Shown here in pieces: positions 51,314-60,588 of a stretch of 64,000 bases of DNA. The notes under the pieces are model-generated. The model made no database searches. It saw nothing but the letters and a program-made list of their open reading frames with translations, and was not told where the DNA came from. The translations under genes were made by a program, and so were the position numbers. The first letter of the stretch is position 1. Every line of letters begins with the position of its first letter. Origin of the DNA: an uncultured Trueperaceae bacterium (GTDB lineage: Bacteria > Deinococcota > Deinococci > Deinococcales > Trueperaceae); assembly GCA_963727505.1 (NCBI GenBank), contig CAVSGP010000004.1, positions 480,001 through 544,000 of the forward strand, written 5' to 3'.

Positions 51314-52278
51314 GCCTCGTCCTCCCTCTCCCCGCTCATGCGGGGATCGGCCGGCGACCAGGCTCCGCTGCGCCGCGAGCGCTCGTTGGAGACGCGCTCG
51401 CGGTAGTAGCCGCGAAGGTCGAAGATGTCCCGCGTCAGTTCGTACACCGCGATCCCCGCCTCGGCGAGGGCAGCAGACACGCGCCCGATGACCCCCGATT
51501 CCACGGGGATGAAGACCACTTCCTCACCGCGCACCGCGGCGTGGCGGATCCAGGGCTGGGTCTCGAGCAACGCGCGCGCATCGTGCGGCCGATCGACCCA
51601 GACGCGGTAGCGCTCCCGGCGATCGAGCAGGTTCACCTCGTCGATGAGCGCGCCCTCCTCCATGATCGCCACGCGCGTGCAGTAGGCCACCACCTCGTCC
51701 AGGTGGTGGGTGGAGAGTAGCACCGCCGTGCCGTTCGACGCGGCCTCGCGAAGCACCGAGTGCACCAGATGGAGGCTGAGCGGATCCATGCCGCTGGCGG
51801 GCTCGTCCAGGATCAGCACCTCCGGGCGCGTCAGCATGGCCGCTGCCACGCCGAGGCGCTGGCGCATGCCCAGGCTGTACACGCCCACCCGCCGCTCGGC
51901 CGCATTGCCCAGCTCCATCATGTCGAGCACCTCATCGACCCGTCCGTCCGGCACCCCGCCAGCCAGCCTCCCGTGGAGGCGCAGGTTGCCCCGTCCCGTG
52001 AGGTAGGGATAGAAGGCGGCGGGAGCCTCGACCACTGCGCCGAGCTTCCGGCGCACGGACGGTTCCTGGTGGGGGTTGCCACCGAGCATGCGTACCGAAC
52101 CCTCCGACGGGAAGGCCAGGCCCGCCACCAGGCGGATGACCGTCGTCTTCCCCGCGCCGTTCGGGCCCACCAGTGCGTACACTTCGCCCGGATTCACCGT
52201 GAAGCTCATGTCCCGGACGACCGGACGGTGGCCGTACCGCTTGGTCAGGTGGTCGACTTCGATCGATGGCGTGGGCAT
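51310..52278 (-). CDS. ABC exporter ATP-binding protein
   Basis: GPNGAGKTT, YSLGMRQR, ILDEP. Confidence 0.92.
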   Translation of the reverse strand: MPTPSIEVDHLTKRYGHRPVVRDMSFTVNPGEVYALVGPNGAGKTTVIRLVAGLAFPSEGSVRMLGGNPHQEPSVRRKLGAVVEAPAAFYPYLTGRGNLRLHGRLAGGVPDGRVDEVLDMMELGNAAERRVGVYSLGMRQRLGVAAAMLTRPEVLILDEPASGMDPLSLHLVHSVLREAASNGTAVLLSTHHLDEVVAYCTRVAIMEEGALIDEVNLLDRRERYRVWVDRPHDARALLETQPWIRHAAVRGEEVVFIPVESGVIGRVSAALAEAGIAVYELTRDIFDLRGYYRERVSNERSRRSGAWSPADPRMSGEREDEA

Positions 52279-52377
52279 GGGGTTCCTCGGCGAAAGTGTA
52301 CGTCCTGGCGGAGCGATCGCACGGTTAATTCTTCATCACGCCGACGCCCGAGCCGTGCGCGTAGCGGGCGCGCCGCG

Positions 52378-53835
52378 TCAGCCCGATCCCTCCCGACCGG
52401 CACCCACCATCCCGTCGTGCTCGACGAGCATGATGTCGAGCACATGCTCGATGGTCTTCTCCACGGCACGGTCGAAGTCGGACGCTTCCACCACGGGGAC
52501 CCCCTCCAGCTCGGCCTGTTCGACGACGAAGTCGTGCAGGATGCGGATCTCCGTGAAATGCTCCAGGTAGGGCTGGCGACGACGACGGTGGTAGGTCTGG
52601 CCCTCGCGTACGCCGAAGTGGCGTTGGTGGTCCTCCACGTCAGAGACTGCCAGCACCAACTTGATGAGCAAGGCGTCCGGCGTCTCGCGGCTGGGTGCGA
52701 TGCCCGGCACCAGGTGCGCCCCCTCCATCACCAGCGAGGTCGCCTCGGTAACGTTGCGGTCGATGATGGCGCACACCGCCGGATCGAGCTGTTGGACCTG
52801 TGCCAGGAAGCCCCGCAGCACGCGCTTGCGCTTGGGCTTCACGGAGTCGCGTTCGCCGGGAAGCAGCTCCGCCCGCCAGGCAGAGTAGCTGGAGCTGTGC
52901 AACACCGGGCTCAGGTCGGGGCCGATGAGGGAACGCAGCGCCTGCCGCACCGAGTCGGTCGACACATTGCGCGGGATCCCGAGGCGGTAGCCGACCTCCG
53001 AAGCGATCGCCGACTTCCCGACCCCCGGGGCGCCACCGACCAGCAGGATGATCGGTCGGTCGGGACGCCGCACGGCACGCATCAGCTCGTAGCGTCGGGC
53101 GAACTCTTCGCCGGCCTCGTCGCGCAGGAGCCGAATCACCTCGCGGCGCACCTCGAGCCGCTGCACGATCGGCTGTTCGGAGCGGTACAGCGCCTCCTCG
53201 ACCCGCTTGGCCAGGTTGTGGGAGAACTCCGGGCCGAGCCCGACCGCCATCACCGACTGCGCCAGGATGCCACGCGAGAAGGGCATCTCGACCCCGTCCT
53301 CCTCGAGCACCTTGAGCTCGAGGCTCTGGCGGGTGAGCGCTTCGTAGCGCAACCGCAGATCGCGGCCGTACCGGCCCTCCAACGCCACCGCCACGCGGCG
53401 CGCCAACTCCGACTGAGGCAGCCGCTCGGCCCCCTCGGCACGGAGTCCCTGTTCGACCAGGTTGGCCACGGCGTGCGCTTCCTTGAAGCCGAGATCGAGC
53501 TTCTCCAAGGACGCCATCAGGGTGCGCCTCGAGAACGGCTCCTGGTTCCCGTCGACGTCGATCAGCAGTGGGACGAAGGGCGGTGTCTGGTGGCGGAGTC
53601 GCTGCGCCACTTCGGGCGCGACGCGCTCCTCGACCATGCCTGCCAGCACGTCCAGGAGGTCGGCGAGGTCCACCTGGCGCGTCCCCGCCTCGCGCAGCCG
53701 GCGCTCGGCCTCGCGCGCGATGCGGATGGCCTCGTCGGTCACGACCCCGGCTGATTGCAGCGCCTCCACCACCTCGCCGGTGGTATAGGCGTAGCGCTCT
53801 TCACCACGGATCACGCGAAGATCCCGCCGCTTCAC
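52378..53835 (-). CDS. ATP-cone domain-containing 2-phosphoglycerate kinase-like P-loop kinase
   Basis: Repeated N-terminal PFSR ATP-cone-like units; GGAPGVGKS, STDSVR, EGAHLVP. Confidence 0.78.
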   Translation of the reverse strand: MKRRDLRVIRGEERYAYTTGEVVEALQSAGVVTDEAIRIAREAERRLREAGTRQVDLADLLDVLAGMVEERVAPEVAQRLRHQTPPFVPLLIDVDGNQEPFSRRTLMASLEKLDLGFKEAHAVANLVEQGLRAEGAERLPQSELARRVAVALEGRYGRDLRLRYEALTRQSLELKVLEEDGVEMPFSRGILAQSVMAVGLGPEFSHNLAKRVEEALYRSEQPIVQRLEVRREVIRLLRDEAGEEFARRYELMRAVRRPDRPIILLVGGAPGVGKSAIASEVGYRLGIPRNVSTDSVRQALRSLIGPDLSPVLHSSSYSAWRAELLPGERDSVKPKRKRVLRGFLAQVQQLDPAVCAIIDRNVTEATSLVMEGAHLVPGIAPSRETPDALLIKLVLAVSDVEDHQRHFGVREGQTYHRRRRQPYLEHFTEIRILHDFVVEQAELEGVPVVEASDFDRAVEKTIEHVLDIMLVEHDGMVGAGREGSG

Positions 53836-53893
53836 CGCCAGCCTCCTCTCCGTTCGAACCCACGTTCTGGCGACCCCGAAATCGTGTGCGAGG

Positions 53894-54478
53894 CTACCAC
53901 GGATCGAAGGGGTCCCCCGACCGCCCTTCCAGCACGTCCAGCAGGTTCTTCACGACGTTCCCTGTGAAGCCCCAGATGTTGCGCCCCTGCCAGGGATAGC
54001 TGTAGATGCGCCGACGATAGTCGCGAAGCTGGCGGACTTCGCTGCGTGGCTCGATGGCCGCGAGATCTCTCAGTGGCGTCGTGAAGGTGTCGGCGACCTC
54101 GATCGGATTCAGGGCGAGCGGCTGCGGCCAGGCGATGCGCGCCACCACCGGGGTCGCGACATAGCCGGCGGGGGAAGGGTGGTCGCTGAGGATGCCGAGC
54201 ACGGCCTCGGCCGGCACGCGCAACCCCACCTCCTCTTCCGTCTCGCGCAGCGCGGCCTCGACCAACGCCTCGCCCTCCTCCATGCCGCCGCCAGGGAACG
54301 CGATCTGGCCGGCGTGGTTGGCGAGCGACGAGGCACGCACCGTGAACAGCAGCTCGAGCCCACCGGGCGCTTCCAGCAGCGGCACGAGCACGGCCGCTCG
54401 GCGGAAGCCGGGGATCTCCATGGTGACCCGGTCGGCGTGCTCGAGACGCTCCCTGATCCCCTGGAGCGCCGGCGTCAC
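53894..54478 (-). CDS. Nudix hydrolase, CoA pyrophosphatase type
   Basis: HAGQIAFPGG...AALRETEEEVGL, IWGFT. Confidence 0.88.
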   Translation of the reverse strand: MTPALQGIRERLEHADRVTMEIPGFRRAAVLVPLLEAPGGLELLFTVRASSLANHAGQIAFPGGGMEEGEALVEAALRETEEEVGLRVPAEAVLGILSDHPSPAGYVATPVVARIAWPQPLALNPIEVADTFTTPLRDLAAIEPRSEVRQLRDYRRRIYSYPWQGRNIWGFTGNVVKNLLDVLEGRSGDPFDPW

Positions 54479-54584
54479 AAGCGCCCCGCCGCGCGTCGAC
54501 CGGTTGAAGTCACGGGCATGACGCCACGATAGCGTGTGCGCGGGCCTTCCCGCGTCGCGACCTGTCGGCGCTTCGCGTACACCG

Positions 54585-55379
54585 CTACCGACGCGGCACG
54601 CCGATGAAGGCCCAGTGCCTCCCCGTCACACCGGCGTCGCGGCGATGGCTGAAGTAGCGCTCCGGCTCGCAATGGGTGCAGGCTCCAGCACTCCAGATGC
54701 GCTCCGGCCGAACCCCAGCCCGGACCAGCGCCCAGCGGTTGGCCGCGACCAGGTCGAGGCGGTGCCGACCGTCGTCGTCGGGCGTCGCCACCTCGGTCGG
54801 GAAGCCCGCGCGCCGGTAGGCGTCGACCACCTCGGGCCCGACCTGGTAGCACGCTCCCCCGATCCCCGGTCCGATCGCCACGCGCAGGTCGGCGGGGCGG
54901 CTGTCGTAGCGCTCGGCCATGCGCCGCACAACGGTCCCTGCCAGCCCGGCCACGGTGCCGCGCCATCCGCAATGCGCAGCAGCCACGGCGCCGCGCTCCG
55001 GGTCGTGGAAGAGCAGCGGGAAGCAATCGGCGATGCTCACCACCAGGAGCCTTCCAGGAACGTCGGTGGTGGCGGCGTCGGCGCGTTCGGTGAACCAGCT
55101 CGCATCGCCTGCCAGCACATGGTCGCCATGCACCTGGTCGAAGGCGCACACGTCGCCGCGGGCGTACCCGAGCACGGCCAGCAGCCGGTCACGGTTGGCC
55201 TCGACCGCGTCCGGCGCATCCCCCGAACTGAGACCCAGGTTCAGCGAGGCGTAGGCGCCGCGGCTCGTACCACCACCGCGCAGCGTGAAGCCGTGCGGCC
55301 AGGGGAGATCGGGCGCGATCAAAACGGACAAGGCCTCGCGGTCCGGATCCCTCGGGTTCGACAGCTCGCGCAGGGGCAT
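54585..55379 (-). CDS. pgeF: Peptidoglycan editing factor PgeF (YfiH/laccase-like)
   Basis: SLNLG, QVHG, ADCFP, HCGWRG, FSHRR. Confidence 0.88.
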   Translation of the reverse strand: MPLRELSNPRDPDREALSVLIAPDLPWPHGFTLRGGGTSRGAYASLNLGLSSGDAPDAVEANRDRLLAVLGYARGDVCAFDQVHGDHVLAGDASWFTERADAATTDVPGRLLVVSIADCFPLLFHDPERGAVAAAHCGWRGTVAGLAGTVVRRMAERYDSRPADLRVAIGPGIGGACYQVGPEVVDAYRRAGFPTEVATPDDDGRHRLDLVAANRWALVRAGVRPERIWSAGACTHCEPERYFSHRRDAGVTGRHWAFIGVPRR

Positions 55380-55423
55380 GCGCCGATGCTAGCCCGAACC
55401 GCGCGCCACGGACCGCGAGCCGC

Positions 55424-56479
55424 TCAGTAGTTGCGCGCCCGCAGGCGCAGGTCGGTGGCCGCTGCCAGCCACTCGGCAACGGCGTGCACGGCGCCGCGCA
55501 CGGTAGGGGTGATGACGGGATCGCCGAACGGCTCGAGCCGCACGATCACCTCGCTCTGGGCGCGCTGCTGAACCAGCACCAGCAGGTGCTGACGGATGTC
55601 GGGCTCGTCCACGCTGGCCCGCACCCACCAGCGCGGCCGCATCCCCTCCTCGCCGGCGGCCGAGGTCACCCGGGCGGCCTCGGCCGGGGTGTGCGCCCGC
55701 TCCGAGGCTTCGCTGTCGAGCGGGCCGAAGCTGCGGGCGATCTCGTGCAGGATGACGTGCCCCTCTCCGTAGGGGAGCACGACCTTGGCGAAGGGCGCCG
55801 CGTGCGGCAGCGTCCCCGTGAACAGGGCGTGGGGCATGGTGGTGGGCCTTTCGAGGTGCGGGAACGGATCGGAGGGCGAGCCATCGTAGCGGAACTCGAC
55901 GTAGTGCAGGGGCTTGCCCTGCGCCTTCCACTTGAGCGCGTACTTGGTCTCGAACACCGCCTCGGGCGGCGTGCTCTCGTGGGCTTCGAATCCCCCGGCT
56001 GCGTCGGCCTCCGCGAGAGCGAAGGCGAGATACTCGGGGTGGTCGGTGGCCAGTTGGACCGCGCCGCCGGGTCGCAGGCGGCTGGCGGCGAGACGGAAGA
56101 AGGCGCGCTGCAACAGGCGCCGCTCGGCATGACGCTCTTTCGGCCAGGGGTCGGGGAAGTTGACCACGATGCCGGCCAGGGCGTGCTCGGCGAAGAGGTG
56201 GCGGAGCGCGAACTGCGCCCCCGCCTTGGCCAGACGCACGTTGGCGACACCCTCGCGGCGCACACGCCGGAGCGCGCGCTGCACGCTGGCACTGGAGATC
56301 TCGAGCCCAACGAAGCCGGTGCCGGGCTCGTCCAACGCGCGGCGCACCGTGAAGCGCCCGTCACCGAAGCCGATCTCCAGGTGGACAACGCAAGGCTCTC
56401 CGAACTCGGCCGCCCAGTCGACCGGGAAGGGGCGCGTGCGCCAGGGCAGCAACGGGCTGAGCGGGGCACGCTCGTCCAT
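55424..56479 (-). CDS. trmB: tRNA (guanine-N7)-methyltransferase with C-terminal extension
   Basis: LEIGFGDG, NFPDPWPK, LATD, TKY. Confidence 0.88.
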   Translation of the reverse strand: MDERAPLSPLLPWRTRPFPVDWAAEFGEPCVVHLEIGFGDGRFTVRRALDEPGTGFVGLEISSASVQRALRRVRREGVANVRLAKAGAQFALRHLFAEHALAGIVVNFPDPWPKERHAERRLLQRAFFRLAASRLRPGGAVQLATDHPEYLAFALAEADAAGGFEAHESTPPEAVFETKYALKWKAQGKPLHYVEFRYDGSPSDPFPHLERPTTMPHALFTGTLPHAAPFAKVVLPYGEGHVILHEIARSFGPLDSEASERAHTPAEAARVTSAAGEEGMRPRWWVRASVDEPDIRQHLLVLVQQRAQSEVIVRLEPFGDPVITPTVRGAVHAVAEWLAAATDLRLRARNY

Positions 56480-56501
56480 GGGTAGGCTCCTCGGCAGGGT
56501 C

Positions 56502-57314
56502 TCAGTCGCGCTTGACCACGGGCCGCACCAGCAGGGCCTCGTTGGCGGCCAGGTCGGACCGGAAGAGGGTGTCGCGCGAGAACAGGATGTAGGGGCCGGC
56601 CCCGTCGACGGCGCTGGCTCGGAACACCAGCACCTTGCCGTCCTTGCGCCGGCATGCCACGCGCTGCGCGGGGCCACCGGTGGCGCGCTCCCAGGTGCTG
56701 AGGATGCCGGGATCGAGGCCGGCCACGCCGGCGGCCAGCTCGCTATCGCTGAGACGGGCCACCAGGCGCGCCGTGCGGGGCCGCCGCCCGCGCATCTTCA
56801 ACACGCCCAGGCGCGACAGGCGCTCGACGATGGCGAGCGCGTCGTCTGGATCGAGGCCGGCGTCCAGAGCGATGCGGGTGACGTTACGCTGGGCGTTGAC
56901 GTGAGCGAGCACCTTGCGTTCATCCTCGTTGAGGATGAGTTCCTCGGCGCGTTCGAAGGTGGCGTCGAGCACGGGGACCGCGTCACGCGCGACGGTAGGT
57001 CCGCCCTCGCGGCGCGCCTCGTCGAGGCGCCGGATCGACTCCAACATCAGGTTCTCGGTGCCGCTCCGGATGGTGGACTCGGGCGCGGGGATGCCCATGC
57101 GGAACTCGAAGCTCCCCCGCTCGTCGGCGAACAGCGCGTAGACCGCTTCCTGGCCCTTGAGCTCGCCGAACTCCGCGTGCACGACCTGACCCTTGTCGAA
57201 GTACACGCGCGCGAGACCCGCAGGATGATCGATCCCGAGGCGCCCCGAGCGTTGCGAACTGGAGAGCAGCTGGAAGAGATCGACCAGCGAGAAGAGGCCC
57301 AACGTTCCGGTCAC
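56502..57314 (-). CDS. DUF4388 (PatA_N-like) domain protein with HTH-like region
   Basis: MTGTLGLFSLVDLFQLL...SGRL...GQVVHA...GSFEF. Confidence 0.75.
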   Translation of the reverse strand: MTGTLGLFSLVDLFQLLSSSQRSGRLGIDHPAGLARVYFDKGQVVHAEFGELKGQEAVYALFADERGSFEFRMGIPAPESTIRSGTENLMLESIRRLDEARREGGPTVARDAVPVLDATFERAEELILNEDERKVLAHVNAQRNVTRIALDAGLDPDDALAIVERLSRLGVLKMRGRRPRTARLVARLSDSELAAGVAGLDPGILSTWERATGGPAQRVACRRKDGKVLVFRASAVDGAGPYILFSRDTLFRSDLAANEALLVRPVVKRD

Positions 57315-58363
57315 GGCCGCATTCTACCTTCGAGGTCGCGGACCGGAACCGGGGTGCGGGTCCGGTCGGGCAACGCCACGGCCGCGTGCACGAACGCCTC
57401 GCGCTCGGCGTCCGGCGCCAGCGCTACCACGCCCTCACGCCCCTCGATCCAGTCGTGGTGCACCAGCGCCGCATTGGCAAGCACGCTCGAGCGTCCACGA
57501 GGCGCGAAGCCGAACACCTCTCCCACCAGCATCGGGTTGAGGCCGTAGCGGAGGTGGACCCGTCCCTGCAGCAGCGCCCGCAGTCCGCGTTCCAGCCACG
57601 CCTCCCCCTCGCTCAGACTGGCGTCCGGCGGCCACGGGCGACCCCAGTCGGCGTCGTTGGCGCTGGGCTGCACCAGCACCTCCGCTCCCTGCGCGTCGAG
57701 CGCGGCGACGATTCCTTCGTACCAGCCGTCCAGGCAAACCGCCACGCCGACGTTGCCGCAGGGCGCTTGCATCACGGGAAGCTCGGCCAGCCGGCCGCGT
57801 GCGAGTCCCGCGCGCGACTCGAGCCCGGGGGTGAGGAACACCTTGCGACTGCGCCCGAGCAGGCCGCCGCCCGGCGCGAAGGTGTAGGCGACGTTGTGGA
57901 CGTGCCGGGCGATCACGTGGGGACCGCGCCCCGCTTCGATGTCGATCTCGGGGAGAAACGCCGAGCCCCCGACGACGGTGGCGCCCGTCTCCCTTGCCAC
58001 CGCGCGGAAGGCGTTCACGTAGGCGTCGTGCACCTCCAGCGCACGCGCCAGATGAACGGCAGCGGGTCCGGCGGCCCGGTACCGCCAGGCTGCCGCCAGC
58101 ACCTCCGCCCAGCGGCCTCGCAACGACCGCCACGCCGCCTCCATCACGGTGGCGCTGCCGGTCACCCGACCGGCGTCGCCAAGCGTGAACATCAGGGGCA
58201 TCGCGATCGCCTCGGGAAAGGCCAGCAGCACCTCGCCTCGATCGTCCGGCAGCGTCGCCACCGCCTCGCGTGCCAGCCGCATCGTCCAGGCCGCGAAATG
58301 CGCGGCGCTACGGTACGGGGCCTCGGAGAGGGCGGCCTGGACGGCCACGAGGTGAACGCGCAC
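57311..58363 (-). CDS. Carbon-nitrogen hydrolase (nitrilase superfamily)
   Basis: Catalytic triad segments FPEA, RKVFL and VCLDG. Confidence 0.8.
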   Translation of the reverse strand: MRVHLVAVQAALSEAPYRSAAHFAAWTMRLAREAVATLPDDRGEVLLAFPEAIAMPLMFTLGDAGRVTGSATVMEAAWRSLRGRWAEVLAAAWRYRAAGPAAVHLARALEVHDAYVNAFRAVARETGATVVGGSAFLPEIDIEAGRGPHVIARHVHNVAYTFAPGGGLLGRSRKVFLTPGLESRAGLARGRLAELPVMQAPCGNVGVAVCLDGWYEGIVAALDAQGAEVLVQPSANDADWGRPWPPDASLSEGEAWLERGLRALLQGRVHLRYGLNPMLVGEVFGFAPRGRSSVLANAALVHHDWIEGREGVVALAPDAEREAFVHAAVALPDRTRTPVPVRDLEGRMRP

Positions 58364-58456
58364 GCTTCAGTCTAGCCGGACAGCACGCGCCGAAGAAGCT
58401 ACGGCTGGGACGCATCGCACCGCGATGCGCCGGAGACCCGACGGTATACTGCGCTG

Positions 58457-59521
58457 GTGCCCGCCCGTTTGGCGCGTTACCTGCTTCGCGAGACCGCGGG
58501 GCTCTACTTCGTGGGCGTCGCGGCCTTCTGTCTGCTGCTGTCCATCGACCTGCTGAGCGTCCTCGCGCGCTTCCTGATCCAGCAGAGCGCTACGCTCGGG
58601 CAGGTCGGGCAGTTGTTGCTGTACAAGCTGCCCTACTTCTTCCACCTCAGCTTCCCCATCGCCGTGGTCTTCGCCGTGCTGCTCGCCACGGGGAGGCTTG
58701 CGAAGGACTCGGAGCTCAAGGCCGCCTACGCGCTGGGGGTGCGACCGCTCGACCTGGCCGTCCCGCTGGTCGCGCTGGGCCTGCTGGTGGGTGCCGTGAG
58801 CCTGGTGAACAACGGCTTCCTCGAGGCGCGGGCCGAGAACGCCTACCAGCACATGATCGACGGCTTCATCTACGTTCGGCCTCCCGCCCAGGTGCAGACG
58901 AACGCCTCGTTCCGCATCGAGGGCGAAGGCGTCTTCTACGCGGCGCGCGTGCGCGGTAACCTCCAGCACCTGCAAGAGGCGAGCCTACAGGGCGTCCTGG
59001 TGCTGCTCGACGACGGCACCGTCCTGACGGCAGCCAGCGGGAGCTGGTCGAGCAGCGCCAAGACCTGGACGCTCGTCGGCGCGCAACGCAGCGCGCCCGG
59101 TCGCGCGCCGGTGAAGGCGGGCACCGTCACCGTGCCGTTCCCCCTGGAAGCGACTCCCAATCAGACCCTGGCGCGTAGCGAGACCCTGCCGCTCGACGCG
59201 TTGTGGGCGCAGATTGGCCGCCTGCGCCTGGCCGGCGGCGACGCCGGGCCGCTGTTGTTCCAGTTCCATCGCCGCGTTGCCGACGCCTTCACCGCCGTGG
59301 TGTTCGCCATCATCGCCGCCGCCCTTGGCCTGCGCGTCCGCGGACGAGCCTCGGGGTTCGCCTGGACGATCATCCTGCTGGTGCTGTTCTGGGCCATGTG
59401 GTTCTTCGCGCGCAGCCTGTACCAGGCCGGCGCGCTGGGACCGGTGGAAGCGGCATGGATGACGCCGGTGGTGGGAGGCGCGGGTGCGGTGCTGCTGGCG
59501 ATCTGGAGCCTGCGCACGTGA
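58457..59521 (+). CDS. lptF: LptF/LptG family permease
   Basis: RYLLRE, GRLAKDSELKAAYALG, 3+3 transmembrane layout; F versus G assignment is tentative. Confidence 0.8.
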   Translation: MPARLARYLLRETAGLYFVGVAAFCLLLSIDLLSVLARFLIQQSATLGQVGQLLLYKLPYFFHLSFPIAVVFAVLLATGRLAKDSELKAAYALGVRPLDLAVPLVALGLLVGAVSLVNNGFLEARAENAYQHMIDGFIYVRPPAQVQTNASFRIEGEGVFYAARVRGNLQHLQEASLQGVLVLLDDGTVLTAASGSWSSSAKTWTLVGAQRSAPGRAPVKAGTVTVPFPLEATPNQTLARSETLPLDALWAQIGRLRLAGGDAGPLLFQFHRRVADAFTAVVFAIIAAALGLRVRGRASGFAWTIILLVLFWAMWFFARSLYQAGALGPVEAAWMTPVVGGAGAVLLAIWSLRT

Positions 59522-60588
59522 ACCGCTTCAGTCGCTACCTGTTCCGCGAGATCCTGCCGCTGTACGCAGCCGGCCTGGCGGTGCTGCTGGTCCTGCTGCT
59601 CATGAGCTTCCTGCTCGGCGTGCTGGCGGACGCCCTGGCACGCGGCGTTCCCGCCCCCCTGGTGGCGCGCTTCCTGCTCTTCAAGTTGCCGGCGGCCGCG
59701 GGTCCGGGCCTGCCCCTGGCGTTGCTGTTCGCCGCCCTGCTGGGCCTGACCCGACTCGCTCAGGACGGCGAGATCAAGGCGGCGCTGTTGCTGGGGCTGA
59801 GCCCGCGACGCTTCCTGATGCCGATGCTCGGCCTGGGGCTGCTCGTGAGTCTGCTGGCCTTCGCCAACGACGAGCTGGTGGTGCCCTGGAGCGAGCAGCA
59901 CGCGCTCCAGGTCCAGAAGGACATCTTGCTGAGGAGCCCCGAGACCGTCATCAAGGCCGGCTCGTTCTTCACCGATGCGCTCGGCCGCAGCATCTACATC
60001 GGGTCGGTGGCGCCCGGGGGGCACCTCCGCAACGTGACCGTGATCAGTCCCGGGGGCACCCAGGGCCCGCGCGACGTCATCCAGGCCGCAAGCGGCGACC
60101 TCGACCAAGCCGCCGGGGTGTGGCATCTGCAGGACCTTCGCTTCCGGGTATTCCGCGACAGCCGCATGGTGCTCGATTTCCACGCCGCGAGCGGCGAACT
60201 GCCGGTGCGGGGCCTGTCGGCCGGCGTCACCGGGACCCCCGATCTGGTCTATCTGCCCTTGGGCGAGCTGATCCAGCGCCTGCGAAGCGATCCGGGCCGC
60301 CCCAAGCCCGCGGAGTGGACCGCGCTGCACCGCAAGCTGGCCGAACCCCTCGCCGCCACGGCCTTCGCGTTGTTCGCGCTGTCGGTCGCACTCTTCACCT
60401 TCCGCCGCGGCGCGCCGCTGGGGCTGGTCTCCGTCCTCTTCCTCACCTTCGTCTACTACGCGACCGGCAGCGTCGCGAAGCTCCTGGGAGCGCAGGGCAC
60501 CATCCCCGCCTACGTCGCGGGGTGGGCGCCGGTCGCTCTCTACGTCGTGGCGGGCGGGGTCCTCCTGGCCCTGTCCTGGAGGCGCTGA
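59518..60588 (+). CDS. lptG: LptF/LptG family permease
   Basis: RYLFRE, RLAQDGEIKAALLLG, HRKLAEP; GTG overlaps the previous stop; F versus G assignment is tentative. Confidence 0.8.
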   Translation: MNRFSRYLFREILPLYAAGLAVLLVLLLMSFLLGVLADALARGVPAPLVARFLLFKLPAAAGPGLPLALLFAALLGLTRLAQDGEIKAALLLGLSPRRFLMPMLGLGLLVSLLAFANDELVVPWSEQHALQVQKDILLRSPETVIKAGSFFTDALGRSIYIGSVAPGGHLRNVTVISPGGTQGPRDVIQAASGDLDQAAGVWHLQDLRFRVFRDSRMVLDFHAASGELPVRGLSAGVTGTPDLVYLPLGELIQRLRSDPGRPKPAEWTALHRKLAEPLAATAFALFALSVALFTFRRGAPLGLVSVLFLTFVYYATGSVAKLLGAQGTIPAYVAGWAPVALYVVAGGVLLALSWRR

